Positions 1-10,458 of a stretch of 32,000 bases of DNA are shown here, piece by piece. The DNA lies in assembly GCA_001695645.1 (NCBI GenBank), contig LVZN01000012.1:120001-152000 (forward strand), read 5' to 3'. Numbering within the stretch: the stretch's first letter is position 1; the number at the start of each line of letters is the position of its first letter. Origin of the DNA: Erysipelotrichaceae bacterium MTC7. GTDB taxonomy: Bacteria > Bacillota_I > Bacilli_A > Erysipelotrichales > Erysipelotrichaceae. Below the pieces are notes generated by a model. The model saw only the letters and a program-made list of their open reading frames with translations, ran no database searches and was not told the DNA's origin. The position numbers and the translations under genes are program-made.

Positions 1-922
1 ATTTACTTTGTTGATAAGCTGCAAACACATCGTTTAGTTCAGCTATTAAATTTGGTGAGTTAACTATACCATCAGTAAAAATAGCAATCAAGTATGGATG
101 TTTTGTATATACGATTCCATAGTCGTGAACATAGCCACCATATTCACCATATTTGTGTGCAACTTCATAATCTTGAGCAACATCACTAGCTTGTAAAAAC
201 TGACCAGCCGTTGCTTTTTTCATAAGTTGAATCAGGGAAGTATAGGTCTCTTGGTGATTATATAAATAACGAAGCACGTGCATGCTACTATTTGCAGTGG
301 ATACATTGCTATACATTTCATCAGTACTAAATTGACTTGCGCCATAGTTTGTAAAATATTGATAGGTTTCAACGACGCCAGTGTTATATAGTAACATCAA
401 AGCTGCAGTATTATCACTATTTACAATGGATTGTTCTAGCAGATAGGATAGGGGAACATATTGACCAACTTCAAAGTTTGTGGATACACCTTCGCCTTCA
501 ATAAACGCATCACCCATAAGGGGAAGCGTACTTTGTTCGCTGTAAACTCCTTGTGCAATTAAGTCGTAGTAATACATAGCTAGTGGTAATTTGTAAGTAC
601 TAGCCGCTAACATCTTCTGATTCTCGTTTACGTTTATACTTTCTTCATCATTAGGGTCGTAATACATATACGAGAGTTGTGTATCATCAAATGTGTATTT
701 CTTTAACACTTTATCTATCTCATGTTTCAACTTGTTTTCACTCCATGGGCTTATCTTGGAAGTCGTTTCTTCTTTTTTTATGGTTTCTGTTGATGGCGTC
801 TTTGTTTCTTTTCCGGTATCGGTATTGGTCGAACCATCGTGCAAAAGTGCAATCAAAAACCCCTCAAACAGCAAACAACAAACAATGATGATTAAGAGGA
901 TAAATTTCTTATTTGTTTTCAT
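1..922 (-). CDS. Membrane-anchored serine hydrolase with class A beta-lactamase-like motifs (C-terminus runs off the left window edge)
   Basis: Hand translation of the minus strand from ATG (922..920) gives 307 uninterrupted codons to position 1. It is not in the ORF track because there is no stop in the window. N-terminus MKTNKKFILLIIIVCCLLFEGFLIALL is a signal anchor. AASTYKLPLA (S-x-x-K), VNSDNTAA (S-D-N) and AHKYGEY (K-x-G-like) follow in the order typical of class A beta-lactamase/PenP-type hydrolases. Confidence 0.7.
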   Translation of the reverse strand, partial: MKTNKKFILLIIIVCCLLFEGFLIALLHDGSTNTDTGKETKTPSTETIKKEETTSKISPWSENKLKHEIDKVLKKYTFDDTQLSYMYYDPNDEESINVNENQKMLAASTYKLPLAMYYYDLIAQGVYSEQSTLPLMGDAFIEGEGVSTNFEVGQYVPLSYLLEQSIVNSDNTAALMLLYNTGVVETYQYFTNYGASQFSTDEMYSNVSTANSSMHVLRYLYNHQETYTSLIQLMKKATAGQFLQASDVAQDYEVAHKYGEYGGYVHDYGIVYTKHPYLIAIFTDGIVNSPNLIAELNDVFAAYQQSK

Positions 923-928
923 ATGTAT

Positions 929-957
929 AGTTTAGCACTATTTCAATTTTCTGTCAT
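929..957 (-). promoter_or_regulatory. Putative promoter of the serine hydrolase gene with leaderless geometry
   Basis: The minus strand reads ATGACA (957..952), 17 nt, then TGcTAAACT (937..929, extended -10). Six nt (atacat) follow with no SD, then ATG at 922. Confidence 0.45.
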
Positions 958-1062
958 AAAATCGCTTTTTCATGTCGTGAAAGTCATGTACAACGTATCG
1001 TTTTATGAAACAACGTACATGCATTACAAATAAAAAAAGAAAAAATAAAAATATTCAGAAAA

Positions 1063-1089
1063 TTAGCACTTTATGCTTGACAGTGCTAA
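1063..1089 (+). promoter_or_regulatory. CIRCE operator 1 of hrcA operon (HrcA binding site) overlapping the -35
   Basis: TTAGCACTT-N9-CAGTGCTAA matches the consensus TTAGCACTC-N9-GAGTGCTAA at 16/18. The TTGACA -35 is embedded across the spacer and right arm. Confidence 0.85.
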
Positions 1090-1105
1090 CTACCTGGTAT
1101 ATAGT
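1077..1105 (+). promoter_or_regulatory. Sigma-A type promoter of hrcA-grpE-dnaK-dnaJ
   Basis: TTGACA (1077..1082), 17-nt spacer, TATAGT (1100..1105). An A-rich tract at about 1030..1062 could act as an UP element. Confidence 0.75.
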
Positions 1106-1106
1106 A

Positions 1107-1133
1107 TTAGCAGATGCTCATAAAGAGTGCTAG
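1107..1133 (+). promoter_or_regulatory. CIRCE operator 2 of hrcA operon (degenerate), in the 5' leader
   Basis: TTAGCAGAT-N9-GAGTGCTAG matches the CIRCE consensus at 14/18. It starts 2 nt after the -10 and ends 13 nt before the hrcA ATG. Confidence 0.65.
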
Positions 1134-1146
1134 AAAGGGTGTAATT

Positions 1147-2166
1147 ATGCAACTAACGGATAGACAATTATTAATCTTTAAAACGATAGTTGACGAGTTC
1201 ACAAGAACTGCAGAACCTGTTGGTTCAAAAAATTTGATGAACTTACTCGATATCAAAGTTTCAAGTGCAACCCTTCGAAATGAGATGGCTGCGTTAGAAG
1301 AGTTTGGCTTATTAGAAAAGACGCATACATCAAGCGGTCGTGTACCTTCAAGTCAAGGTTATCGATTCTATGTAGAGCATCTGATGGACAAAAAATTAGA
1401 TAGTAATGTTGAAAATGCATTAAGTGAAGTGTTCCATGAACGTCATTACAGCATTGAAGAAATCGTCAAACGTAGTTGTGATATTCTTTCGCAAATGACA
1501 AACTTGACTTCCGTGGTCCTTGGGCCAGAAACAAGTTCACAAAATTTGAAACATATTCAAATCTTTCCAGTGAACGAAAAAAGTGCTGTTTGTGTCTTTA
1601 TCACTGATCAAGGACACACCGAAAACAAAATGTTTCATTTTGAAGAAAATGTCAGTTTAAATGATATTCAAACATGTTGTAACATTATGAATGATCATTT
1701 GGCAGGGACACCCATTAATGAATTATCAAACAAACTAGAAGAAATTAAACCACTGTTATCAAGTCAAGTGGTTCGTCATGAAGTCTTATTCCAAGCATTC
1801 GTTAGTGCATTTGTAAAATTCGCTAGTGATAATGTTTATACTTCAGGAGCATCAAATATGCTTTATCAACCAGAGTTTGCGGACATTGAAAAACTTCGAG
1901 AACTGATGAAGTTCTTAGAAGATAGCAATGTTTGGCGTCAACTTGGAAGTAGTGATGAAGATATTTCGATTCGTATTGGAAATGATGATAATCAAGTGAT
2001 TCCATTCGAGAATGTATCGGTTATCTCAAGTACCATTCGAATCAACGATGAAGAAGAAGGAAAACTTATGGTCGTGGGGCCAACAAGAATGCCTTATAAC
2101 AAAGTTGTGGCATTGATGGAATATATGGCAAAGGCAATTGGAGATTTATATCGAAACGATAGATAG
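1147..2166 (+). CDS. hrcA: Heat-inducible transcription repressor HrcA
   Basis: MQLTDRQLLIFKTIVDEFTRTAEPVGSKNL... is a typical HrcA N-terminal winged helix. The gene lies first in the hrcA-grpE-dnaK-dnaJ order. I chose ATG 1147 (SD AAAGGGTG 6 nt upstream) over the ORF-track ATG 1114, which lies inside CIRCE-2. Confidence 0.95.
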   Translation: MQLTDRQLLIFKTIVDEFTRTAEPVGSKNLMNLLDIKVSSATLRNEMAALEEFGLLEKTHTSSGRVPSSQGYRFYVEHLMDKKLDSNVENALSEVFHERHYSIEEIVKRSCDILSQMTNLTSVVLGPETSSQNLKHIQIFPVNEKSAVCVFITDQGHTENKMFHFEENVSLNDIQTCCNIMNDHLAGTPINELSNKLEEIKPLLSSQVVRHEVLFQAFVSAFVKFASDNVYTSGASNMLYQPEFADIEKLRELMKFLEDSNVWRQLGSSDEDISIRIGNDDNQVIPFENVSVISSTIRINDEEEGKLMVVGPTRMPYNKVVALMEYMAKAIGDLYRNDR

Positions 2167-2176
2167 GAGTGGAACG

Positions 2177-4641
<2,465 letters not shown>

Positions 4642-4650
4642 ATTCGCAAA

Positions 4651-4676
4651 AGAAGTTCTAGGCAACTAGAACTTCT
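4651..4676 (+). other. Perfect 11-bp stem-loop between dnaK and dnaJ without a T-tract (partial terminator, processing or stability element)
   Basis: AGAAGTTCTAG (4651..4661), loop gcaa, CTAGAACTTCT (4666..4676). It is followed by cttgtg and a TATAAT box (4683..4688), not by a U-run. Confidence 0.5.
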
Positions 4677-4718
4677 CTTGTGTATAATACATAAGGTATA
4701 GTAAGTAGGAGGTTTGTG

Positions 4719-5825
4719 ATGGCAAATAAAAGAGATTATTATGAAGTGTTAGGCCTAGACAAAAGTGCAAGTGATGCAGACATCAAAAAAGCGTATCGAA
4801 AACTTGCAAAGAAATACCATCCAGACGTTAATAAAGATGCAGATGCAGAAGATAAGTTTAAAGAAGTAAGTGAAGCTTATGAAGTCTTAAGTGATAAACA
4901 AAAAAAGGCAACGTACGATCAATTTGGACATGCGGGAATGGATGGAGCACAAGGCTTTGGTGGAGGACAAGGATTCTCTGACTTTGGTGGCTTTGAAGAT
5001 ATCTTTGGTTCATTTTTCGGTGGGGGTTTCTCTGGTAGTTCAACTAGAAGAAACGGTCCACAAAAAGGACAAGATCGCTTTATGCAAATGCGTGTTGACT
5101 TTATGGATGCAATTTTCGGACGTAGCGAAGAAGTTTCACTTGAAGTGGATGAAACATGTAGTGAATGTTCGGGAACTGGGGCAAAAAGTAAAGATGATAT
5201 TGAAACATGTAAAACTTGTAACGGTTCTGGACGCGTCGTAACGCAACAACAAACAGCATTTGGTGTTTTTCAAAGTGAAAGTGTTTGTCCGACATGTCAT
5301 GGTAAAGGAACAACAGTAAAACATAAATGTCCAAAATGTCACGGTAGTGGTTATGAACATAAACGTGTGAAATTGGATATTAAAATTCCAGCTGGTATTC
5401 AATCAGGACAACAAATCCGTATCACTGGAAAGGGTGAAAAAGGAGTCAATGGTGGTCCAAATGGTGACTTGTACATTGAAATTCTAGTTGCACCACATAA
5501 AAACTTCATTCGTGAAGGAAATGATATTCGTATTCAAGTACCAATTTCTGATGTTGATGCAGTTCTTGGAACCAGCATTGATGTACCAACAGTGCATGGT
5601 GATGTTAGTTTGAAAATCCCAGCAGGAACCCAATCAGGAACAAAATTCAGATTGAAAGGTAAAGGTGTAAAAACACCAAAAGGATACGTCGGTGATCAAT
5701 ATGTAGATGTGAAAGTTGAAATGCCTAAGAAATTAAGCAAACAACAAAAAGATCTATATGAAAAATTACGTAAATCAGAAAAATACGAATCACCATTTGA
5801 AAAGTTTAAGAAAGCATTTAAGTAA
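4719..5825 (+). CDS. dnaJ: Co-chaperone DnaJ (type I Hsp40)
   Basis: The J domain has [10 protein letters not shown], followed by a G/F-rich linker. There are four CxxCxGxG zinc-finger repeats ([32 protein letters not shown]). ATG 4719 lies 6 nt after AGGAGG; the ORF-track start is GTG 4716. Confidence 0.97.
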   Translation: MANKRDYYEVLGLDKSASDADIKKAYRKLAKKYHPDVNKDADAEDKFKEVSEAYEVLSDKQKKATYDQFGHAGMDGAQGFGGGQGFSDFGGFEDIFGSFFGGGFSGSSTRRNGPQKGQDRFMQMRVDFMDAIFGRSEEVSLEVDETCSECSGTGAKSKDDIETCKTCNGSGRVVTQQQTAFGVFQSESVCPTCHGKGTTVKHKCPKCHGSGYEHKRVKLDIKIPAGIQSGQQIRITGKGEKGVNGGPNGDLYIEILVAPHKNFIREGNDIRIQVPISDVDAVLGTSIDVPTVHGDVSLKIPAGTQSGTKFRLKGKGVKTPKGYVGDQYVDVKVEMPKKLSKQQKDLYEKLRKSEKYESPFEKFKKAFK

Positions 5826-5850
5826 ACCTTTAGGTTTACTTTTTCTTTTC
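5822..5850 (+). terminator. Rho-independent terminator after dnaJ
   Basis: GTAAACC (5822..5828), loop ttta, GGTTTAC (5833..5839), then TTTTTCTTTTC. Confidence 0.75.
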
Positions 5851-5889
5851 GATTCAATAGATTCGATGTATACTTATAAAGAGGTATTT

Positions 5890-6540
5890 ATGAAGAATAA
5901 GCAAAAAAATTGTAGTCTTATCGTAGTTAGCTTTACCATTATCTTGAGTGTATTTGGAAATGCTTATAGGTTGAATGAAAACTTAGAACGGATGAATCAA
6001 CTCACTTTTCTTGCGAATATGCGTAAAATTGTATTATTACAAGAACAAGATCCAGAAAACACAATTCAGAAAAATACACCTAAACCATTCGTTCCACCAA
6101 CAGTTGAGCCAGTGGAAAATCAAGAACAGGAAAATGCTTTAGAAACAAGTGTTGCTTCCTATGAGGAAGTCAATGATGATTTTATCGATGGGGTAGTTGT
6201 TGCTAAACCAAGCAATCCAATTGCGCCAAAACGCTTGTATTCCGAATTGAAAAGTGATAGTAAAGGACACAAGTATCGTGATTATTTTGATACAACCTCA
6301 CAAACGACTGCCATCATGATGGGTGGTGAAGAACTAAGTGGGCAAGCAACATATCTACCAAGAAGTTTGGTCGATCGAGGAAATGACTGTTTTTACATTG
6401 AAGGTATAGATCGCAAAGAATTCAATATCTATTTAGGCGAACACGCATGTTACTTATATTATGTGACTTTTGATGTTGCTACGATTCTAGATGACGTTTA
6501 TAACAATCAAGGGCAAAATGCAATCACTATTTATAAATAA
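5890..6540 (+). CDS. Hypothetical membrane-anchored/exported protein, no recognisable family
   Basis: ATG 5890 has SD AAGAGG 5 nt upstream. The ORF-track start 5758 lies inside dnaJ and upstream of the dnaJ terminator. The N-terminus MKNKQKNCSLIVVSFTIILSVFGNAY is a signal anchor. A P/E/Q-rich linker and a C-terminal globular part follow. I recognise no motif. Confidence 0.6.
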   Translation: MKNKQKNCSLIVVSFTIILSVFGNAYRLNENLERMNQLTFLANMRKIVLLQEQDPENTIQKNTPKPFVPPTVEPVENQEQENALETSVASYEEVNDDFIDGVVVAKPSNPIAPKRLYSELKSDSKGHKYRDYFDTTSQTTAIMMGGEELSGQATYLPRSLVDRGNDCFYIEGIDRKEFNIYLGEHACYLYYVTFDVATILDDVYNNQGQNAITIYK

Positions 6541-6541
6541 C

Positions 6542-6564
6542 AAAGAGCGCAAATGCGCTCTTTT
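6542..6564. terminator. Hairpin shared by convergent genes (bidirectional terminator candidate)
   Basis: GAGCGC (6545..6550), loop aaat, GCGCTC (6555..6560), flanked by AAA on the left and TTTT on the right. Confidence 0.65.
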
Positions 6565-6567
6565 AGG

Positions 6568-8463
6568 TTATCTAGATCGTTTTCGTTTTTGATGGTTTGT
6601 TTGTTTCGCCGAATAATTCGCTTTACTATATGCGTTTTTATTCTTGTAGTTGTTTGCGTATTGGTGACTTTTGTCTTTGATTAAGCAATGTTTTCCTTGT
6701 CCAATCAAATCACTGCGTCCTGCTTCCATCAATGCATCATAAACCAAGTTATAGTGTTTTGGATTGCGATACTGCAATAGGGCACGTTGCATCGCTTTTT
6801 CTTTTGTGGTTTTGGCTACATATACAGGTTTCATATCACGTGGGTCAAGACCCGTGTAATACATAGTTGTTGAGAGTGTTCCTGGAGTTGGATAGAAATC
6901 CTGTACTTGTTCTGGCTGGTGATGAATTTTATGTAAATACTCTGCCAGTTCAATTGCAGCATCTAAATCACTACCAGGATGACTTGACATCAAGTAGGGA
7001 ACAAGGAATTGTTTCTTGTTGTATTCCTCGTTTAAACGATAGTACTCATCAACGAATAATTCATATAGTTTGCGACGTGGTTTTCCCATTTTGTCGAGCA
7101 CTTTATCACTGATATGTTCAGGTGCTACTTTTAATTGTCCACTGATATGGTGTTGCACCAATTCGCGAAAGAAGCGATCGTCGCGATCGTGCATAATGTA
7201 ATCATAACGGATACCACTTCGTACAAACACCTTTTTTACTTTTGGTAATTCTCTAAGCTTTTTTAACAATTGCATGTAATCGTCATGATTTACCACGAGT
7301 TGTTTACATGGTTTTGGCCATAAACATTGTTTGGTTGGACATACCCCATGGTCTTCTTGTTTTTTGCATGATGGTTGTCTGAAGTTTGCAGTTGGTCCAC
7401 CAACATCATGGATGTACCCTTTAAAGTCAGGGTCAGCAATCATCTTTTTAGCTTCTTCAATCAATGATTCGTGGGAACGAGCTTGAATGACACGCCCTTG
7501 GTGATAGGTCAAGGCACAGAAGTTACATCCTCCAAAACAACCACGGTTGCTGATTAGTGAGAATTTCACTTCATCAATTGCTGGTACATGGCCAATAGCT
7601 TTATACATAGGATGATAATCACGGGTATAAGGTAAGGCATACGCATCGTCAAACTCACCTTGACTCAGAGGTCGATTCGGTCGATTTTGCACAACGTACC
7701 AACCTTTATATGGTTCTACCAACGTTTTCGCCACAAAGTGATCCGTATTCATATTTTGAATCATAAAAGATTTAGCATAAGTTTTTTTATCGCGGACTAT
7801 TTCTTCATAACTTGGAAGAACAATTGGTTCAAAGGCTGTACTGATATCTTTGGTTTTATAAACCGTTCCATCTAAGTATGTAATATCTTTGATATCCAGA
7901 CCACTATCTAATGCTTCAGCAACTTCAATGATGCTATTTTCACCCATGCCATAAAGCAACAAGTCAGCATTAGCATCAATGATGATCGATTTACGAACTT
8001 TGTTGTCCCAATAGTCATAGTGTGCAGTTCTACGCAAACTCGCTTCAATTCCACCTAGTATAATGGTTGCATCTGGATATGCTTGACGCACCATTTGTGA
8101 ATATACGATAACCGCTCGGTCAGGACGTTTACCCATTTCTCCATTGGGTGTATAAGAGTCTTTACGACGTCGTTTTTTACCAACGGAATAATGATTGACC
8201 ATCGAATCAATGTTTCCAGAAGAAACAAGAAATCCGAGTCTTGGTTTTCCAAACTGTTTAAAATCGTCGACAGAACGCCAGTTTGGTTGGCTTAAAAAAG
8301 CTACTTTATAGCCGTAGTGTTCAAGTTGTCTTGTAATAATGGCAGCACCAAACGATGGGTGATCCAAATAGGCATCACCTGATACGTAAACGAAATCCAC
8401 TTCATCCCATCCACGTTCTAGCATCTCTTGTTTAGTTACTGGTAATAATTTATTTTCTTTCAT
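6568..8463 (-). CDS. ygiQ: YgiQ-family (UPF0313) radical SAM protein
   Basis: The N-terminus LPVTKQEMLERGWDEVDFVYVSGDAYLDHPSFG is typical of YgiQ. The radical SAM cluster motif CFGGCNFC (CxxxCxxC) is present. The C-terminal tail is K/R/N-rich. Confidence 0.88.
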   Translation of the reverse strand: MKENKLLPVTKQEMLERGWDEVDFVYVSGDAYLDHPSFGAAIITRQLEHYGYKVAFLSQPNWRSVDDFKQFGKPRLGFLVSSGNIDSMVNHYSVGKKRRRKDSYTPNGEMGKRPDRAVIVYSQMVRQAYPDATIILGGIEASLRRTAHYDYWDNKVRKSIIIDANADLLLYGMGENSIIEVAEALDSGLDIKDITYLDGTVYKTKDISTAFEPIVLPSYEEIVRDKKTYAKSFMIQNMNTDHFVAKTLVEPYKGWYVVQNRPNRPLSQGEFDDAYALPYTRDYHPMYKAIGHVPAIDEVKFSLISNRGCFGGCNFCALTYHQGRVIQARSHESLIEEAKKMIADPDFKGYIHDVGGPTANFRQPSCKKQEDHGVCPTKQCLWPKPCKQLVVNHDDYMQLLKKLRELPKVKKVFVRSGIRYDYIMHDRDDRFFRELVQHHISGQLKVAPEHISDKVLDKMGKPRRKLYELFVDEYYRLNEEYNKKQFLVPYLMSSHPGSDLDAAIELAEYLHKIHHQPEQVQDFYPTPGTLSTTMYYTGLDPRDMKPVYVAKTTKEKAMQRALLQYRNPKHYNLVYDALMEAGRSDLIGQGKHCLIKDKSHQYANNYKNKNAYSKANYSAKQTNHQKRKRSR

Positions 8464-8471
8464 ATTTACTC

Positions 8472-8500
8472 ATTATACATAAAGCTTACCTTTTTGACTA
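8472..8500 (-). promoter_or_regulatory. Putative ygiQ promoter with near-leaderless geometry
   Basis: The minus strand reads TAGTCA (8500..8495), 17 nt, TATAAT (8477..8472). Eight nt (gagtaaat) follow, then ATG 8463. There is no GGAGG-like SD. Confidence 0.4.
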
Positions 8501-8524
8501 TGTGAAAATGAAGGAATTCGCAAT

Positions 8525-8548
8525 AAAAAAAGATGGACTTGCCATCTT
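8525..8548 (-). terminator. Rho-independent terminator after yfcE
   Basis: The minus strand reads AAGATGG, loop caagt, CCATCTT, then TTTTT. The hairpin starts at the yfcE stop codon. Confidence 0.75.
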
Positions 8549-9095
8549 ATAAAGAAAGTGTTGCGAGTAGTTCATGTTGATCGTTGTACCAATAGTAGGT
8601 TTGATCAACGAGTAACCCATATGTATGGGGATTGTTTTCCTTTGGTAAAGAAATACTTCCAGGATTAATCAAGGTAATGTCATGCTCTTTTTTCATTACT
8701 GGAATATGGGTATGGCCACTCATGAATATATCACCAGCAACAAGATTTTTTGGTAATTGGTCGGGTCCATAAACATGACCATGACTCATCACAATTTTAT
8801 GCTTTCCATAAGGAATGCTTTGACTTGTTGACATCAAAGGGAAATCCAAAACCATTTGGTCTACTTCACTATCACAGTTGCCGCGGCAGGCAATGATGTT
8901 TGCCTGTAGTGGGTTTAACAGGGCAATCACTTCTTTGGGTGCATAATCCTTTGGTAAATCGTTTCTTGGACCGTGATAGAGAATATCACCCAATAATAAT
9001 AATAAGTTATCCGCTTGATGCTTCTTGTATGCATCGACGATGATGTTTGCATAATATGCACTACCGTGAATATCACTCGCGATTAAAAATATCAT
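8547..9095 (-). CDS. yfcE: YfcE-type metallophosphoesterase (Mn-dependent phosphodiesterase family)
   Basis: Calcineurin-like motifs appear in order: ASDIHGS, LGDILYHGPRN, RGNCDSEVD, SHGH, GHTH. From memory it is collinear with E. coli YfcE. SD GGAGGA lies 7 nt upstream, inside the cca 3' end. Confidence 0.85.
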   Translation of the reverse strand: MIFLIASDIHGSAYYANIIVDAYKKHQADNLLLLLGDILYHGPRNDLPKDYAPKEVIALLNPLQANIIACRGNCDSEVDQMVLDFPLMSTSQSIPYGKHKIVMSHGHVYGPDQLPKNLVAGDIFMSGHTHIPVMKKEHDITLINPGSISLPKENNPHTYGLLVDQTYYWYNDQHELLATLSL

Positions 9096-10452
9096 CTTTC
9101 ATTCCTCCTATGAATTCGATTAAATCGTTTTTGTTGTTTTTATCTTGATGATGCACTACATATTTTACTAAATAATGTAGAATTGTGCCAATTTGTTTTC
9201 CATGATATCCCAGTGTTTTTAAATCGTTTCCGTCAATTGCTAAACCTGTACTTGTAAACACTTCGTGGTTTTGTTCCATGTGTGCAAGGATTGTTATTGC
9301 TTCATAAATGATGGCGTTGTTGATCTCTTGGGTTTGTACGGATTTACCCATATTATCTAAAGTTTGGATTAGTAAAACATCTTTTGCCAATGTATAATCT
9401 CCACCCAACAGATACATAAAATCACGTAATGTTTCAATATCGGCAGTGACATAGTTGTCATGAAAATAGATGAGTTTATAAACATAGGAAATCAGTTTTT
9501 TATTGAAACGATATACATGTAGGATTTCTTTTGCATAATTCGCACTGGCTTGTGCGTGACCTTTAAAGTGGGTAGTTCCATCTGGATCTTCACTTTGACA
9601 TGCTTTCTTTTTTACATCATGAAAGAAAAGCGCGAGGCGTATTGGCAGTGGATACCCGATGCTTGCATTGAATACCACATTCATATGTTCAAACACATCA
9701 TAGATATGATAACTGTTTTGTTGACGTACATGATAGGTTTCTTTGAAAATTGGAAATAACACATCTAAAATGTTTGCATCTTTTAGTTTGCGTAACGTAT
9801 CAACTTGCTGACTTTCTAAGATTTTAACAAACTCGTCTTGAATTCGTTCTTTAGAAATGTGTTGAAGTAGATGCGCATGTTGCTGCATAGCTTTATAAGT
9901 CGTTTTTTCGATAGTGAAATGAAGAGTTGCTCCAAAACGGAAAGCACGAAGAATTCGTAAGGCATCTTCTTGAAAACGAATGTTTGGATCCCCAACACAA
10001 CGTACTTTTCGCTCTTTGATATCGTCAAGGCCACCTACGTAGTCAACAATGTATTGGCCATTATAGCCAAGTGCGTTCATCGTAAAGTCACGACGTGCAA
10101 CATCTTCACTAAAGTTTGTTGTATAGCTTACATGTTCGGGGCGTCGAAAATCTTTATAGTCATGATCTTTACGAAATGTTGTAATTTCATAATTTTGACC
10201 ATGAAGGTGCCAAGTGATGGTGCCATGTGTTAGTCCCGTTGGAATGGCCGTAATTCCATGTTGTTTGGCTAAATCTAAATTCTGTTGTGGGGTTGCACTA
10301 GTACATAAATCATAATCATGAATGTCACGTTTTAAAAGTGCATCACGAACACAACCACCAACGAGATATATTTGGTAGTTTGCTTCTTGAAATAGGGTGA
10401 GGATGTAGCTTGCATCAGCTACAAATGGTGCATTATATTTGTACCTTTTCAT
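9073..10452 (-). CDS. cca: CCA-adding tRNA nucleotidyltransferase with C-terminal HD-type domain
   Basis: The PolA-head motif is YLVGGCVRDALL...DYDLCT, followed by RRDFTMNA. A later histidine/aspartate segment (FFHDVKK ... HFKGH ... YFHD) suggests an HD phosphohydrolase domain. The gene overlaps yfcE by 23 nt. Confidence 0.85.
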   Translation of the reverse strand: MKRYKYNAPFVADASYILTLFQEANYQIYLVGGCVRDALLKRDIHDYDLCTSATPQQNLDLAKQHGITAIPTGLTHGTITWHLHGQNYEITTFRKDHDYKDFRRPEHVSYTTNFSEDVARRDFTMNALGYNGQYIVDYVGGLDDIKERKVRCVGDPNIRFQEDALRILRAFRFGATLHFTIEKTTYKAMQQHAHLLQHISKERIQDEFVKILESQQVDTLRKLKDANILDVLFPIFKETYHVRQQNSYHIYDVFEHMNVVFNASIGYPLPIRLALFFHDVKKKACQSEDPDGTTHFKGHAQASANYAKEILHVYRFNKKLISYVYKLIYFHDNYVTADIETLRDFMYLLGGDYTLAKDVLLIQTLDNMGKSVQTQEINNAIIYEAITILAHMEQNHEVFTSTGLAIDGNDLKTLGYHGKQIGTILHYLVKYVVHHQDKNNKNDLIEFIGGMKDDIFNRE

Positions 10453-10458
10453 ACATTC

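Noticed and set aside
679-935. Two plus-strand ORFs (69 and 80 aa) appear at the left end of the ORF track.
   Set aside because: Both are antisense to a 307-codon open frame carrying serine hydrolase motifs. Neither has an SD.
932-940. TTAGCACTA looks like a third CIRCE left arm near the hrcA region.
   Set aside because: The required right arm 9 nt downstream (tctgtcata) matches GAGTGCTAA at only 3/9. On the opposite strand the same bases form the TGcTAAACT extended -10 of the hydrolase gene.
1114-1146. The ORF track gives N-terminal extensions for hrcA (1114), grpE (2138), the orphan gene (5758), cysE (13988), gmk (20872), GT51 (22606), ABC subunit 2 (24942) and plsY (28751).
   Set aside because: In each case a downstream ATG has a proper SD and/or matches the family N-terminus. 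The extension would overlap an upstream gene, a CIRCE element, a terminator or the predicted promoter. cysE 13988 is kept as a possible alternative.
4858-5402. Several alternative-frame and antisense ORFs (61-116 aa) lie inside dnaJ.
   Set aside because: They fall in the G/F-rich and zinc-finger regions, where biased codon content suppresses stops. They have no SD and no recognisable motifs, while DnaJ itself is intact.
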